A DNA stretch of 63,060 nucleotides, counting the filler. It is 5 parts of 5 records of this genome, joined end to end, with 100 filler letters (N's around TTAATTAATTAA, not from the genome) between each part and the next. Parts side by side here need not be neighbours in the genome. Positions count along the whole stretch, not along the records: positions 56,800 to 63,060 come from SRR22947725_2272; 4 more parts are not named here. One strand, 5' to 3'. Below are positions 61,213-63,060 of this stretch, one piece after another (within the stretch, counting starts at the first letter, position 1; each line of letters starts with the position of its first letter). The position numbers and the translations under genes are program-made. The notes beneath the pieces are model-generated. The model saw nothing but the letters and a program-made list of their open reading frames with translations. It ran no database searches and was not told the origin of the DNA.

Positions 61213-61273
61213 TTTTGATATATTGAATTAATGTCAAAATGACTGAAATTATATTAAGGGTTTCTAAAAGCAT

Positions 61274-61858
61274 ATGAATACTGATTTTACGGAAAATTTT
61301 GTTAGATCACCTGGTAAACTTAATCAAAAGCCTGCACTTGTATTAAATGCTGATTATCGACCTTTGTCTTATTTCCCGTTGTCTTTGTGGAGTTGGCAAG
61401 ATGCAGTTAAAGCTGCTTATTTAGATCGTGTAAATATAGTTGCTGAATACGATGATATTGTTCATTCACCATCTGTTAATATTAAAATACCCTCAGTTAT
61501 AGTTTTAAAAAACTATGTAAAACCATCTACTTCAACAGCATTTACAAGATTTAATTTATTTCTAAGAGATGAGTTTACTTGTCAATACTGCGGATCTCAG
61601 GGTGAAATGACTTTTGATCATGTATTACCTAGATCTCGAGGTGGCAAAACTACATGGGAAAATGTTGTTGCTGCCTGCAGTCCATGTAATCTCAGGAAAG
61701 CTGCTAGATCAATCAAGGAGTCTGGCCTACAGTTGCGTAGGCCTGTCATTCAGCCATCTATTGGTCAATTGATGAATGCTGGACGAAAATTTCCACCAAA
61801 TTATTTGCATGAAAGTTGGACTGATTATTTATATTGGGATGCCGAATTAGAGAGCTGA
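61274..61858 (+). CDS. HNH endonuclease (McrA/COG1403-like)
   Basis: ALVLNADYRPL, LFLRDEFTCQYCG, TFDHVLPRSRGG.TTWENVVAACSPCN.RK. Confidence 0.9.
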   Translation: MNTDFTENFVRSPGKLNQKPALVLNADYRPLSYFPLSLWSWQDAVKAAYLDRVNIVAEYDDIVHSPSVNIKIPSVIVLKNYVKPSTSTAFTRFNLFLRDEFTCQYCGSQGEMTFDHVLPRSRGGKTTWENVVAACSPCNLRKAARSIKESGLQLRRPVIQPSIGQLMNAGRKFPPNYLHESWTDYLYWDAELES

Positions 61859-61864
61859 TATTTG

Positions 61865-62326
61865 CTATTGTTTTTTCAACAAAATAAGAACCCAGATACA
61901 GCTAAGTGCTATACTTAAAATACCATTCCAACCAGCCATTGATATACCAAATAAGTCCCAAACTACATCGTCGCATCTAACTATTGGGGCACTCAAGATC
62001 TGATTTAATAAATCGGATGCTGATATTTCCGTATTTATTTTGGAAGTGCAGGATGATGGACCGCTCCACCATTTATATTCAACACCAGCGTGATAAAACC
62101 CAATACCAGCGGTAGTTAAGGTCGATAATACGCCAAAAATTGATAATATTTTCAATCTTGTTGATAGTATTATAATGCCTATCAAAATTGCTAATGCATG
62201 TGGCCAGCGCTGCCAGATACACATTTTACAAGCAGAATAACCTAATACATATTCGAAAAAGAACGCGCTACTTAAAATTAGAATTGAACCTAAAGTAACA
62301 ACGCCAACTAGTCGATAAATGTTCAT
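61865..62326 (-). CDS. Disulfide bond formation protein B family
   Basis: CKMCIWQRWPH, YHAGVE..WW.GP..C, VRCD, FGISMAGWN. ATG 62326 overlaps the upstream stop. Confidence 0.88.
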   Translation of the reverse strand: MNIYRLVGVVTLGSILILSSAFFFEYVLGYSACKMCIWQRWPHALAILIGIIILSTRLKILSIFGVLSTLTTAGIGFYHAGVEYKWWSGPSSCTSKINTEISASDLLNQILSAPIVRCDDVVWDLFGISMAGWNGILSIALSCIWVLILLKKQ

Positions 62327-62901
62327 AATACTTTCACCATAATAAAGCCAAGAACTAAAATTATACAAAATATAGTAAACATTAGTCCCAATCTTTTTTC
62401 AATAAATTCTCGTATTGGATATCCAAATTTCCATAATAGACCTGCAATAACGAAAAATATTGTTGCTCTGGCAATCATTGACCATAACATAAATGTAGCA
62501 AACGACATTCCAGTTAACCCTGCGGTTATTGTAATCACTTTATATGGAAATGGTGTAAGTCCTGCTATCAAAACTGCCCAATGCCCTTGTGCATTAAATT
62601 GTTGTTTAAATAGTTCAAAACTTTCAATCTTATGGTAAAATTCAAGTATCGGTAAACCTATTGAATTGAAAAGCTGGCTCCCAATGAAGTAACCAAAAGC
62701 ACCGCCACTGACAGATCCAATCGTTACAATAGATGCTATTAAAAAAGCACGGCTTGGAGCTGCGATAATGACAGGTATCATCAAAATATGTGGAGGAATT
62801 GGAAAAAATGAACTCTCAATAAAGGCAATGAACCCCAATACCCATAATGAGTATTGGCTATCAGAAAATGATAAAGTCCAGTCGTATAATTTTCTTAACA
62901 T
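62323..62901 (-). CDS. YqaA/DedA (VTT domain) membrane protein
   Basis: FIESSFFPIPP, GSVSGG..GY.IG, GLTPFPYKVITI. Confidence 0.88.
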   Translation of the reverse strand: MLRKLYDWTLSFSDSQYSLWVLGFIAFIESSFFPIPPHILMIPVIIAAPSRAFLIASIVTIGSVSGGAFGYFIGSQLFNSIGLPILEFYHKIESFELFKQQFNAQGHWAVLIAGLTPFPYKVITITAGLTGMSFATFMLWSMIARATIFFVIAGLLWKFGYPIREFIEKRLGLMFTIFCIILVLGFIMVKVL

Positions 62902-62996
62902 AATTCAATCCAGGTAAAATAAGTTTAAGATCAGGGAAAACTCTAGTGGTCAAGTATTAATCATAATTAATATTTCAAATCAGTGATACTATTTCG

Positions 62997-63025
62997 TTGA
63001 CGACCTTAATTACTTTAGCTACACG
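62997..63025 (+). promoter_or_regulatory. Sigma70-like promoter of tRNA-Leu
   Basis: TTGACG-17 nt-TACACG, 17 nt before the tRNA 5' end. Confidence 0.5.
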
Positions 63026-63042
63026 AAATATAAGTGTGCTAA

Positions 63043-63060
63043 GCCCGAATGGCGGAATTG
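63043..63060 (+). tRNA. tRNA 5' start, likely tRNA-Leu; truncated by window end
   Basis: GCCCGAATGGCGGAATTG matches the Leu-type 5' acceptor/D-arm (TGGCGGAATTGG); only 18 nt visible. Confidence 0.6.

Noticed and set aside
61274..61858. HNH gene as a homing endonuclease, mobile element or Cas9/IscB fragment
   Set aside because: No intron, terminal repeats, RuvC motifs or array; it sits intact among housekeeping genes.
1..63060. CRISPR array, prophage, transposase, rRNA
   Set aside because: No regularly spaced repeats or recognisable hallmark genes were seen by eye.

Overview
The window is not one replicon. It is five contigs joined by artificial 100-nt spacers (N44-TTAATTAATTAA-N44) at 16791-16890, 31814-31913, 43488-43587 and 56700-56799, so adjacency across spacers is meaningless. 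Contig 1 (1-16790) is an AT-rich alphaproteobacterium with all genes on +: MFS transporter, amidohydrolase, aminotransferase, aldehyde dehydrogenase, an uncharacterised GAF-protein/small-protein pair, dgoKA, a two-subunit NAD-dependent formate dehydrogenase, marR-emrAB and a homocysteine methyltransferase. Contig 2 (16891-31813) is GC-rich and Rhodobacteraceae-like: tRNA 3' end, GMC oxidoreductase, GT8-like hypothetical, VOC gene with an in-frame amber, PilM/GspL-PilP-like membrane protein, cobT/cobS, carD-fdxA-hsp15-helicase, SCP2, lysophospholipase, aldolase, pepF. Contig 3 (31914-43487) is Flavobacteriaceae-like with TAnnTTTG promoters: 2OG oxygenase, SUI1, ung, mutS2, aroC, glmM, an interrupted acpH, uvrA. 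Contigs 4 and 5 (43588-56699, 56800-63060) are AT-rich and Rhodobacteraceae-like: yejABEF, cytochrome c, pheA, nudC, SRP RNA, dnaX-ybaB-recR, hemE; cobB/cobA/cbiD/cobK, esterase, HNH nuclease, DsbB, DedA, tRNA-Leu start. Content is mostly core metabolism, with no CRISPR, integrase, transposase or prophage seen. The best leads are: (i) the GAF(+possible wHTH)/alpha-beta-barrel pair behind a perfect Fur-type 7-1-7 box, (ii) tandem NrdR-like boxes over the HNH promoter, (iii) the orphan PilM/GspL-PilP-like fusion, (iv) the GT8-like hypothetical, and (v) three interrupted genes. Taxonomic and family calls come from motif recognition only; no searches were run.
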